Assembly: GCA_963796685.1 (NCBI GenBank) | Contig: CAWCMR010000013.1 | Span: 32,001-96,000, forward strand | Direction: 5' to 3' | Source of the DNA: an uncultured delta proteobacterium | Lineage (GTDB): Bacteria; Myxococcota_A; Polyangia; Fen-1088 | DNA: 64,000 bases | Shown here: in pieces, positions 52,912 through 62,268 of the stretch | How positions within the stretch are numbered: position 1 is the stretch's first letter | Layout: every line of letters starts with the position of its first letter | Position numbers and translations under genes: made by a program | The notes under the pieces: model-generated | What the model was told of the DNA's origin: nothing | Database searches by the model: none | What the model saw: only the letters and a program-made list of their open reading frames with translations

Positions 52912-55900
52912 GGATACTTCTGCTTAACGTGAACGACCTTACCTGCCGGATCGACCGTGGTCTTGATGTAGCCTTCAGTGTTGCCCTTGGGGCCGACCGT
53001 CTTCTGATAGATTGCCTTGGACCCAGGTACTCGGCCTGGAACTTCAGCCCGGAATGCTGCTCCACCACTCTTCAGCTTCTCCACCGAGGTAGGACCAGCT
53101 CCAGCAGGCAGCTTCTTTTCAAAGCGCGCAAGATTTGTCGCCTGTTGAGTGTTCAGAGGTCCTCCAGCTTTTCCAAACACCTCTGCGACAACGGGCACCA
53201 TCACGAACGGCGCAACATCTCGAACAATGTCCTCTGTAGTTCTGGCGGGTATCTCGACATCGTTCGGACCGGGAGCATTGGCCGTCCCTTCTCCAAACGC
53301 CGCCACCCCGGCAGCAATGGGCAATGAGGCTATCGCGAGCGCCGCCTTGCCAACACCAGCCGCTGTCGGAGCCTCCAGCTTGGTCTGTCTGACAATACTG
53401 GTTTCCTCCCACGGAACCCCCGCGCGCAGTTGCATATCAGTCATCACGACAATGGCCGACTCGCGACCATTGGGATCACGAAGCACCACAGGGTTGTTCC
53501 TGGAGTAGGTAAACACCGCGAGGTTCGATGGGGTGAGCGCACCTCCAGTTAGCCCGCCTCCATGCATGAAGTCCGCGAGCGCTGGCTCCGCGCTCTGCCA
53601 CACGCTCGTCTTCGGGTCGTAGTATCTGGCCCCGAAGTAGTAGTACCCCGTATCGAAGTCCAGCTCCTTGCTGTTGAAGATCCAGCTCCGGCGCATGTTG
53701 TCGGGACGGCCGAGGTCGCATTCCTCTTGGTCGCCGGTGTCGCGCTCGCCGAAGGGGAAGTAGCGCTCGTGTTGCAGCAGGGTCTGGTCCCCGGCGCTGG
53801 TGTAGCTGGTACTGCCCAGGTGGTCGGGGTGGTAGTACGAGATCATCGGCACCTGCGAGATGGGGTCGGTCTTGGTCACGATGCGGGTCTCGCCTGCGAA
53901 GATGTGCTTGGTGGGCAGGATGCCGGAGGGTTGCAGCACGAAGAACTGGTTCACGTAGAAGGCGTCGCCCGCGGAGGTCTGCCTTTGGGTGCGCTCGCCG
54001 TCGGGGCTGTACAGGAACTTGCCGCGAGATACCGTGGCATCCTTGACCTCCTTGAGGCGGCTCTCTTCGTCCCAGGTCAGGGTCCGCGTGGCGCCCATGT
54101 ACACGTTCCCGGTGTTGTTCCCGTTGCCGTCGTAGCTCACCACGTGGTCGTTGGCGCTGCCGGTCGACGACGTCTCTTTGATCTTCGAAGCGGCATGCGG
54201 GCGCGCCCCGGCGTAGGTGTAGTCGAGCGTGTAGCTGTAGCTCGATACCGTGTGGTCGAAGCGATACCCATCCAGGGCCGCCAGGCCGGCGGGCGGATTC
54301 TGGTTGTCCCAGACCAGACGACGTTCGAGCTGCGACTTCTTCTGCAGGTTGGCGGTCTCGTCGTACTGGAAGGTGCTGGTGTAGTCGTACCCATACCCAC
54401 GGTCCGGTCGGTATTCACCCGTTGCTCCCGTGAGCTGGTACAGGTTGTCGTAGGTGTATTGCATCCGCATCGGTCCGGTTCGCACGCTCGCGTTTTGCCA
54501 AGTGTACACCGTGCTCGCGTTTTCGACCTTCGTGATGTTCCCCACCAGGTCGTAGTAGTAATGCATGGCGTGGAACGGGGTCGCGGGCTTGTGGAGCTGC
54601 CGTTCCTGCTGCCCAAGCGAGGCCGCGTTGATCGTTTGCAGCCGTCGGGTCAGCGGGTCGTAGCCGTATTTGCTCACGATGCCGTTGCCCGAGGTCATGA
54701 TCCGACGCTGCTCGAACTCGTCGTAGCCCATGTGGTTGAGGTAGGCGAAGTCCTTTACGAACTCTGGGTGCTGCGGGTTCGTGGTCTGCTGGTGGCCGGT
54801 GATCCTGTCGATGTTGCCGCCCCGGTCGTAGAAGTACGACACCAGCTCGCCTTCGCCGGCGATGTTCGCCCAGTTGTTATCGATCCAATTCGGGAAGGTC
54901 ATGGTCTGCATGCGCCCGAACGAGTCGTAGCTGAACTTCATCGTAAACACCTGGTTCGCGAGCGACGGCTGCGCCATGTGCTTGAGCGAGGTCACCGTCT
55001 TGTTCACGTTGCCCATCTTGTCGTAGGTGCGTGTCTCGCTGCCGCCCTCCATCGTCACCTGCTTCACCCGCCCGGCAAGATTGCCCGTGCCGCCCTTCTC
55101 GGCGTTGGTGCCGTAGGTGTACGTTACATCGGTCATGTTGGGATAGTCGATGGTCTTCAGCCGATTCGAGCTCGTCTCGTACACGTACTTGATGAATTTG
55201 GTCTGACCCGCCAGCACTGCCGTCTGCTTGGCGCCCAGGTTACCGTTCAGATCGTAGAGGTACTCGGTCTTGCCGGCGTCCGGTGAGGTCAAGGCAACCA
55301 TCTGCCCGAGCGTATCGTACTCTGCAGTGGTTTCCTTCAGTTTGGCATCGACGACCTTCAGCATCTCTCCCATCGCGTTGTACTGGTACTGCGTGATGAG
55401 CGGGGTGAGCGAGGTCGAGGTGCCGATTTGGTTGTATTCCTTGACGGCGATGCGTCGTCCGACGGAATCGTCATAGGTTATTTTCTGACCAGTATTCGCA
55501 GCCGCACCCGCCGCGTTGCCCATCGCGTCGGTCACGAGGGTGGCCAGCCACGTACCGGACACCGAAGGATCCGCAGTCGAGACGAAGTATTGGGTTGTGG
55601 TAGTTGCGTTATCCGGCCCAATGACCTTGATGGTACGACCGAGTGAATCGTAGACGTACGCCGTTGGGTGGAGGCTGGGTGCGATTACGAACGTGGTCTC
55701 GGGACCCTGGTCGAACACTGGTTGATCCTGCGTGGCAACTCGGCCACGCCTGTCGAAGCTTACGAGACCACTTACGGACATACCCGTCAACGTGCTCCCC
55801 GTCCCAGTCACGTCGAACTCCAGATCCTTCTTCGTTTGAATCACCCGCTCGAGGCCATCGATGAACGTCACGGTGTCGATGGTGTCGCTGGAGTGCTGAA

Positions 55901-58900
55901 CGTCCTTGTGCTTGGTGATAGCGTAGGCAGGGGAACCACTTGGGGTGTAGGTCATCGCGATGGTCGGCGTGGACCCCTGGTCGTTCGGCCCTCGAACCTC
56001 CATCAAGCGGCCGAAACTATCGTAGTTGTAGCTCTCGACCTGGCCGTTGATGTCCGTGGTGTTATCATTTGCACCATAGAGGTAGTTCGGCGTGGCGAAG
56101 GAAGAGTATCCGAAGATCAGGTCGTCTACCTCGGTCTGGTAGGTCAGTGCCACGGTGTCGTACTTGTACTGCAGCTTGTACCCCCTCGAATCGGTGTGGG
56201 TATGCAGGTTGCCGAAGGAATCGTAGTCATAGGTATGGGTCGACGCCGTCCCATTGTAGGTGGCCTGGGTTGCTGGATCTTTGCCACCGTAGACATAGTT
56301 GGTCAGGGTTTGCACGGTTCCCACGCCCGGGAAATAGGTAGCCGAACGCGATCGCAGCGTCTTCCCCTGGCTATCGGTGGCTACAATGGAATTTGCCCGG
56401 GTAATGTGGGATCCGCTTTCTATCATGTACCCGACGTCGTACCGAACATCGTCGTTGGTGCTCTGTTCGTCGCCGTGATCGATGAGCAGTGTCAGGTTTC
56501 CGTCATCGTCAAAATCCCTGTCCTGCTGCCTCCATTTCGGCGGGGGTTGGGTGATATCGCTGGTCGAGCCCTCGTAGAGCAACGAATACCGATTCGTCTC
56601 CTTGGGGAAGAAGGTTCCTGTTCTAACGACCGAGAATGCTGGAGGCGTTGCATAAGTTATCTGACTCCCGCGCATGAGGTCCCCGGAGGGATCCCTTTCG
56701 TATTCGGCAGCGAGCAATCTCTTTTGGTAGTAGTTCTGATTCAAGTAGAACTGCTCGACCCTCGAGCCGTCACCTTCCCTGAACGAACCATTCTGCATGA
56801 TCCCACGGGTCGACGTAACGTGGCTGTAACCGTAGTTCTCGCGCTCGTCCCGGTCGTAGTGCCCGCTGGACAATCTCGGGGGCGCACCCGGGCCGTGAAC
56901 CGTGTAGTCGAAGACGGTGGTGTACTTGTTGGTCCGACCATCGTCGATGGTCACCTTGGACAACACCCACTGATTCTTGGGGTTGTCGAGGAGCGCAGTC
57001 GGATCGACCTGATTACCCTCACGGCCGTAGTCGAGGTCGAAGCCACCACCGAGCGGCCGGCTCACATGGTTGAGAAGGTTGGTCTTCCCGGTCGCATTGA
57101 GGCGCGCGTACACGGTGGCGTTTCCGTTGGCCTTCAGAACCTGATCGAGGGTCCCGTCGCCGTCGATGTCCTTGAAGGATTGGCTGGTCCAATTGTCGCC
57201 AGAGGACCAGGAGAAGCCGCCGCCGACTTCGAAGACCGGAGGTATGAACACACTGCCAGAGGCGCTGCCAGCGGAACCCTGCCCAACGGTGAAGGACAAT
57301 GCGTCCGGCGTACCCAAGCCGAAATCTGCGAGACCACCGGGCATTCCAGACGGAGCGCCAGCCGGCCAATCGCCGATGGGGATCTGCTTCTCGACATCGA
57401 ACTTGCTCCCCATGTTGAGCTTCACCCGCAAGCACCCTTGCTGCCCGCTGTCGCAGGACAGGCCAGGAGATCGCAGGACCTGATCAGGCAGGCCATCGCC
57501 GTTCACATCGACCATGTCGACCAACTGACGTATCAGTGTGTCGGACTTCGACCCGCCAAGCCCAATGCTGCCGCCGCCTGGGAGAGGCAACCCTCCTGCA
57601 AGCCCGCCCGAGTTCATCGATGTGTCTGTCACCCGCAAGGAGTCTGTCCGAAGGTCGTCGCCAAAGTAGGTGACGAGATCCTGCTGTGGACTGACCGTGT
57701 GAACAGAGGGCGACCATGGGCTCGCCGGCCACTTTATCTCGGCACTGAACCTGTACCCGAGATTTAGGCGTACGAATACGTTCCCGCTTCCCGAATCGCT
57801 TCGGACGTGATCAGGTAGACCGTCGCCGTTGATGTCGATGAGATCGGTCGCTGTTGCCGCCACCCCGTAGGACAGTCCGGCCCCGGCGCCGAAGAATCCG
57901 ACAGGAGTACCTGAACTGTCAGTAAGGGTGACGAGATTTCCTGCTGATGCGCCAAGATGAACGCTCCGGAATTCAGTGTGACGCGGATCGCCATATGGAA
58001 GCGTGCCCGTTCCTACCGAGCTCTCGAACTGCGCGCCGGTGTTGAACCGAACACCCGCGCCGGTGACCGAGTCGGCGTAGCCGTCACCGTTCATATCCAT
58101 GAGCTCTACTGTGGTCGTGGACGATCCCGTGTTGAACCCAGCATTTGCAGGCCCAATTCCAAATTCCAAGCCCTTGTTGCCCGATTCGGAAATACGCACG
58201 GGGTGCTCTGTTTCGCAGAAGAGCGGATCGAACAAGCCGGTGAACGATCCCAATAGGCCAAATCCCTCTCCAAGACCCGACGCGAACGTCTGGACCCCGC
58301 CGCCGAGCACATCTTCGACTTGACCCACGACGCGTCCGCCGTAGTGGGCGATCGACGTAACGGCATCAATGGGGTTGAGCGACAGCTTGACCTTGGCCTG
58401 GGCTTGGTCCGTCAGGACCGGAGCCGGAATGATCAGCATGGGAAAGAAGTCGTGGACAGACGCCTGTGGGTCGAAGGCTATCTGTGATTCGGTGAGCGAC
58501 TTCGATCCATTCCAGTCACCGTACGACCATCCGTGGTACCCGCCGCCCATCACGTCCACAACGCCGACCCCGGAAGGATCTGGCGTTGAGCCATCAGCTC
58601 TGACCTTGATGTTGAGGGGACAGTCTGTTTCCTGAACCTTCGGGGCCCAGGAGATGGCGCCGCTAACGTCGGTGTCCGAATAGACAGTGAAAAACAGCTG
58701 ATCGCCGGTCTGGAGAGGCGGGGTCGTGAGGTCCATCGGTACGGTGCCGATTTCGTTCGGCTGGAAGACGTGCTTGAGAAACAGGCCATTTACACCCTGG
58801 ATCGCGGCAACTACCCGGCTCGGCGTCGCGAATGATTTGGTGAACGATCCAGTGATAGCTTCAGTCCCATCCACGGTGGTGACGAAGGTCTTCGTCGCAG

Positions 58901-60944
58901 TCCCCGGCTGGAAACGGAACAGCGGGAAAAAGACCACTGCTTGCTGCTTGAGGATTCCGCTCGGCACTGGGAAATAGGGCTGCGGATCTCCTGCCATAGT
59001 GCAGGTGACTGGCGTCGAGGAGCATGTCACGTTGCCGCAGACCGTTGTTCCAGTGGTGGGGTCGAGGCGGCAGTAGTTTTGATAGGTAACGACCGGCTGC
59101 CAGGCCACTCGTTGCGGGTCGATGGGAAGATCGGACAGCACCTGAAAGGACAGCTTGTCGCCGGCCTGCACTGCAACACCATCGAGTATTGTCGGCACGG
59201 TACTGGCAGAGTTCCCTGGGAGGGTCTGCGACAGCCGAACGGTGGAAGGCGAACCGTCCGAGTGATCCTGGACGATCCGAATCTGAACATCGTCGCTCGT
59301 GCTGCTTTTTACTACCTGTCCGTCGATTCGTACGCTGCCGCTCGAGTCCGCCGACCAAGGGACGAATGCTCGCCCTACGGTGCGCAGATCTGCGCTTTGC
59401 GAGAAGCGATAGATGAAGGATCCCTCCGGCTCGCGAAGGCTCTGCTGGGTCGGCGTCAGTGGCACGGAATCTACGGATTGATATGTAAACTGGGGATCCC
59501 AAGCGATCACCTTGCCTGGTGAGTTGACAGAGCTGAGCTGCATATAGATTCTATCACCAGCTTCCACGGGAATGCTGAGCCCGCCCGTGCAACTGTTGTT
59601 CGGCCCAGGGCTGCAAGGTGGATCGCTCGGCCCGATGACCGCGCTCCAAACCTTGATGAGATCACTCTGCGGGACTGATCCAGGAGATCCTGTCATCGAG
59701 AACAGCCCCCCGATGCCTTTCCAGATCGTGGTTACAACTCCCTCGCCTGCATCGACGATCCCATTCCCAATGGTGCCTCCGACTCCCAGCACGCCTGACA
59801 CCGGCGCCCAAAGCCTGCCGATAGTATCCGCGCCGATGGCCTCAATTGGCCCAAGCAGATTTTGCAAGCTACAGGTCGTGTGACTGATTGCGTAGTTGTT
59901 CCACGCTTGGGCCGGCGTGAAACCATTGTTACGATCGTTGAGGCGAACCGTCAGCCCTGAGCTGGTTGGAATCACCTGGTCCAGATAGCCGTCGCCGTCC
60001 ATATCCGCCAGGGTTCGGACTTCGCGCGCTGTATTTGCCCAGTCGAAATTCCCTTGCGCGGTGCCGATCCCAGAGAAGCCGCCCCGAAGATTGACGATGT
60101 GTCGGTTGGTCTTCGAAAGCGGAGCCAGCCCCGAAAGCAACCCGCCGAAGAAGCCTCCGCCGCCAGGCCCATCAAAATTGTCGGTTTGCAGGGGCGTGAA
60201 CTGGCCCGCAAACAGATCCACGCTGGATCGGTCGCCACCGCTGACCAAGCCGCCGAGATCCAGTAGACCGTCACTGCCGACGCCGTCGGGTAGCCCGTCG
60301 CCGTTCATGTCTGTCGTGTCCCACTTGACTGTCTCGCCGGACACCGTATCGCTCACGCCGACTTCCAGGGTCTCAAGCCCGGGTATTCCCAATCCGCCGT
60401 GCCCGCTCGACGAAGATGTACTTTCGGTTGCATGGTTGGTACCATCCGCGGTCCTAGGGTTCCCATCCGCCTTCGCTACGGTCGCCCATTCGACCGGTGG
60501 CTGGAAAACGTCCAGCGTGTCGAGCCCGCTCGGATTTTGCTCGATCGGCGTCGAAAAGTAGGAGAAGTCGTGGTGGTAGAATGACGTCTCCGCGTCAAGG
60601 CCTCGAACCTCGATCGAGCTCAGAAGGGTCTTCTCGAGGTTAGCGGACGCCGGTGGTTGGTAGGAAAGGTTGTATTGCCGAATGATGCGCGATCCGTAGC
60701 GAACATTGATTTGCGTAAGGAGGCACCTGGTCAGTTCCTGGAATCCGGGACGCCCATCGATGATTTCGTCCTGCCGATTGCAGGATGATCCGTTAGCGTC
60801 GCCTCGGATGAGGTCGACGTGGTAGGCAGCCTGCAACCCGGTCGTCGCATTGGAGGTGTAGTCGATGAGGGAGGGATAGATCTGTGCGAAGGGCTCCGGG
60901 TTGTCACTCGTCGACGCGCTGTCACTCTGGTAGGTGACTTTCAT
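52908..60944 (-). CDS. Polymorphic toxin, 3' part (2678 aa): FG-GAP/VCBS repeats, TcdB-mid-like region, YD/RHS shell, C-terminal toxin
   Basis: Multiple D(M/I/V)(N/D)GDG motifs; YD repeats; YYHPDHLGS, YYFGARYYDP, NNPVVLRDPNG; variable C-terminus. Confidence 0.9.
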   Translation of the reverse strand: MKVTYQSDSASTSDNPEPFAQIYPSLIDYTSNATTGLQAAYHVDLIRGDANGSSCNRQDEIIDGRPGFQELTRCLLTQINVRYGSRIIRQYNLSYQPPASANLEKTLLSSIEVRGLDAETSFYHHDFSYFSTPIEQNPSGLDTLDVFQPPVEWATVAKADGNPRTADGTNHATESTSSSSGHGGLGIPGLETLEVGVSDTVSGETVKWDTTDMNGDGLPDGVGSDGLLDLGGLVSGGDRSSVDLFAGQFTPLQTDNFDGPGGGGFFGGLLSGLAPLSKTNRHIVNLRGGFSGIGTAQGNFDWANTAREVRTLADMDGDGYLDQVIPTSSGLTVRLNDRNNGFTPAQAWNNYAISHTTCSLQNLLGPIEAIGADTIGRLWAPVSGVLGVGGTIGNGIVDAGEGVVTTIWKGIGGLFSMTGSPGSVPQSDLIKVWSAVIGPSDPPCSPGPNNSCTGGLSIPVEAGDRIYMQLSSVNSPGKVIAWDPQFTYQSVDSVPLTPTQQSLREPEGSFIYRFSQSADLRTVGRAFVPWSADSSGSVRIDGQVVKSSTSDDVQIRIVQDHSDGSPSTVRLSQTLPGNSASTVPTILDGVAVQAGDKLSFQVLSDLPIDPQRVAWQPVVTYQNYCRLDPTTGTTVCGNVTCSSTPVTCTMAGDPQPYFPVPSGILKQQAVVFFPLFRFQPGTATKTFVTTVDGTEAITGSFTKSFATPSRVVAAIQGVNGLFLKHVFQPNEIGTVPMDLTTPPLQTGDQLFFTVYSDTDVSGAISWAPKVQETDCPLNIKVRADGSTPDPSGVGVVDVMGGGYHGWSYGDWNGSKSLTESQIAFDPQASVHDFFPMLIIPAPVLTDQAQAKVKLSLNPIDAVTSIAHYGGRVVGQVEDVLGGGVQTFASGLGEGFGLLGSFTGLFDPLFCETEHPVRISESGNKGLEFGIGPANAGFNTGSSTTTVELMDMNGDGYADSVTGAGVRFNTGAQFESSVGTGTLPYGDPRHTEFRSVHLGASAGNLVTLTDSSGTPVGFFGAGAGLSYGVAATATDLIDINGDGLPDHVRSDSGSGNVFVRLNLGYRFSAEIKWPASPWSPSVHTVSPQQDLVTYFGDDLRTDSLRVTDTSMNSGGLAGGLPLPGGGSIGLGGSKSDTLIRQLVDMVDVNGDGLPDQVLRSPGLSCDSGQQGCLRVKLNMGSKFDVEKQIPIGDWPAGAPSGMPGGLADFGLGTPDALSFTVGQGSAGSASGSVFIPPVFEVGGGFSWSSGDNWTSQSFKDIDGDGTLDQVLKANGNATVYARLNATGKTNLLNHVSRPLGGGFDLDYGREGNQVDPTALLDNPKNQWVLSKVTIDDGRTNKYTTVFDYTVHGPGAPPRLSSGHYDRDERENYGYSHVTSTRGIMQNGSFREGDGSRVEQFYLNQNYYQKRLLAAEYERDPSGDLMRGSQITYATPPAFSVVRTGTFFPKETNRYSLLYEGSTSDITQPPPKWRQQDRDFDDDGNLTLLIDHGDEQSTNDDVRYDVGYMIESGSHITRANSIVATDSQGKTLRSRSATYFPGVGTVQTLTNYVYGGKDPATQATYNGTASTHTYDYDSFGNLHTHTDSRGYKLQYKYDTVALTYQTEVDDLIFGYSSFATPNYLYGANDNTTDINGQVESYNYDSFGRLMEVRGPNDQGSTPTIAMTYTPSGSPAYAITKHKDVQHSSDTIDTVTFIDGLERVIQTKKDLEFDVTGTGSTLTGMSVSGLVSFDRRGRVATQDQPVFDQGPETTFVIAPSLHPTAYVYDSLGRTIKVIGPDNATTTTQYFVSTADPSVSGTWLATLVTDAMGNAAGAAANTGQKITYDDSVGRRIAVKEYNQIGTSTSLTPLITQYQYNAMGEMLKVVDAKLKETTAEYDTLGQMVALTSPDAGKTEYLYDLNGNLGAKQTAVLAGQTKFIKYVYETSSNRLKTIDYPNMTDVTYTYGTNAEKGGTGNLAGRVKQVTMEGGSETRTYDKMGNVNKTVTSLKHMAQPSLANQVFTMKFSYDSFGRMQTMTFPNWIDNNWANIAGEGELVSYFYDRGGNIDRITGHQQTTNPQHPEFVKDFAYLNHMGYDEFEQRRIMTSGNGIVSKYGYDPLTRRLQTINAASLGQQERQLHKPATPFHAMHYYYDLVGNITKVENASTVYTWQNASVRTGPMRMQYTYDNLYQLTGATGEYRPDRGYGYDYTSTFQYDETANLQKKSQLERRLVWDNQNPPAGLAALDGYRFDHTVSSYSYTLDYTYAGARPHAASKIKETSSTGSANDHVVSYDGNGNNTGNVYMGATRTLTWDEESRLKEVKDATVSRGKFLYSPDGERTQRQTSAGDAFYVNQFFVLQPSGILPTKHIFAGETRIVTKTDPISQVPMISYYHPDHLGSTSYTSAGDQTLLQHERYFPFGERDTGDQEECDLGRPDNMRRSWIFNSKELDFDTGYYYFGARYYDPKTSVWQSAEPALADFMHGGGLTGGALTPSNLAVFTYSRNNPVVLRDPNGRESAIVVMTDMQLRAGVPWEETSIVRQTKLEAPTAAGVGKAALAIASLPIAAGVAAFGEGTANAPGPNDVEIPARTTEDIVRDVAPFVMVPVVAEVFGKAGGPLNTQQATNLARFEKKLPAGAGPTSVEKLKSGGAAFRAEVPGRVPGSKAIYQKTVGPKGNTEGYIKTTVDPAGKVVHVKQKYP

Positions 60945-62268
60945 GGCTCCTCGCTATTTGGAATGGATTGAATTGGGAAATGCACAGGGAAGTCTGAAGT
61001 CCAGTTTTGACAGCAGCAGATAAATCACAGTCTTCATTTTGCGCGCGGAGCGAAAGCCACGCGCCCGCGCCTTGGCCGCCTGGATGAGGCTGTTGAGTCC
61101 TTCCAAGAGACCATTCGTCAGGCCTGACATGAACCATCTCATCACGCCTGCCTGGTGCGCCTTGAGGGTCTTGGCGGCCCTGATGACGGGTTCCAATCGG
61201 CTATGGGTGGCCCAGAAATACCAGCGCTGAAACCACGCCTCCGCTTCATCCGCACTCAGGCTATACAACTCCTGTAGCATGAGCTTGATGTGGTAGGCCC
61301 GCGCAGTGGCCAATTTGGAGGAGCGCAAGACCGCGAAGTGCTCCCTGTTCTCGGATTTGATGTTGGCCTCGTTCCTCAGCCAGTCGTGGCGCGTGCCCTT
61401 CAACTCCGGAGAGGACTTCTGCTCCTGCCTTCGCACCTCATCGATTGCGTCGTTCATGAGTTGGATGACATGGAACCTGTCGAAGGTTAGGTGCGCCGCC
61501 GGAAACGTCTCCAAGATGCCCTTGATGAATGCCTGCGACATGTCGAGACTGAAGTCCGTCACCTTCTTCACGTCTCCACCGTGAGCGAGCAGATCGTCCT
61601 TGAAACAAGCCACCGTGCCGTGATCTTTCCCCTCCGTGACGAACAAGACTTTCGCCGCAACCATGTCGGCAAAGACCGTGACATAGACGTGGTTCTTCTG
61701 CCGCGAAGTCTCGTCGACGCCAACCTCGGCGACCTGGCTGTAGTCGGCTCGCTCACGGGCCTCGTCCACGTAGTGTTCCAGGATGCGCCACAGGAGCGTG
61801 TCATGCTCGCCGACGATGCGACCGACCGCCGCCACCGTGAGGCCGTTGCGTGCCAGTTCCACCACCATCGCCTCGAAGAGAAGGGTGAAGTTCGACCCGC
61901 CACGAGCCCATGGCACATCGACCGTCAAGACGCCGTGCTTGTCACACTTGGTTCGAGGTTGTCTTGCCTCGACATAGGTGAGGTACTGGAAGAAGTTCAG
62001 GTGTCGCCATGTCTGCGGCGAGGCATCGTGTACCTTGCAAGCATCGCCACACGTAGGGCAAGGGAAGGTGCTCCCCGGCTTGAAGTCGACTTTGATGTCG
62101 AGGCGCTTCTTCTCGGCGTCAAGGTTCAGCTCTACGACCTCCCATGGATTGACCATGCCGAGAGCCACTGTAAAAAGCGCATTGACGTCAAGACCAGAAC
62201 TTGGATTTTGCACCACGGAAGATTAGCGGAACAACCAACCTCGCGTCCATTTTAGACAGCGAGGAGCC
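60945..62268 (-). mobile_element. ISL3-family insertion sequence, 1324 bp
   Basis: Terminal inverted repeats GGCTCCTCGCT / AGCGAGGAGCC; 8-bp target duplication ACTTTCAT (60937-60944 and 62269-62276). Confidence 0.95.
60954..62216 (-). CDS. ISL3 family transposase
   Basis: CPTCG zinc finger, WRHLNFF, VPWA, GVDET, LDMS, FDRFHV, TNGLLEGLNS. Confidence 0.95.
   Translation of the reverse strand: MVQNPSSGLDVNALFTVALGMVNPWEVVELNLDAEKKRLDIKVDFKPGSTFPCPTCGDACKVHDASPQTWRHLNFFQYLTYVEARQPRTKCDKHGVLTVDVPWARGGSNFTLLFEAMVVELARNGLTVAAVGRIVGEHDTLLWRILEHYVDEARERADYSQVAEVGVDETSRQKNHVYVTVFADMVAAKVLFVTEGKDHGTVACFKDDLLAHGGDVKKVTDFSLDMSQAFIKGILETFPAAHLTFDRFHVIQLMNDAIDEVRRQEQKSSPELKGTRHDWLRNEANIKSENREHFAVLRSSKLATARAYHIKLMLQELYSLSADEAEAWFQRWYFWATHSRLEPVIRAAKTLKAHQAGVMRWFMSGLTNGLLEGLNSLIQAAKARARGFRSARKMKTVIYLLLSKLDFRLPCAFPNSIHSK

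Noticed and set aside
50923-54941. Diversity-generating retroelement TR/VR pair
   Set aside because: Mismatches are not adenine-specific (many C/G and C/T silent changes), the repeat is 880 bp, and no reverse transcriptase is present
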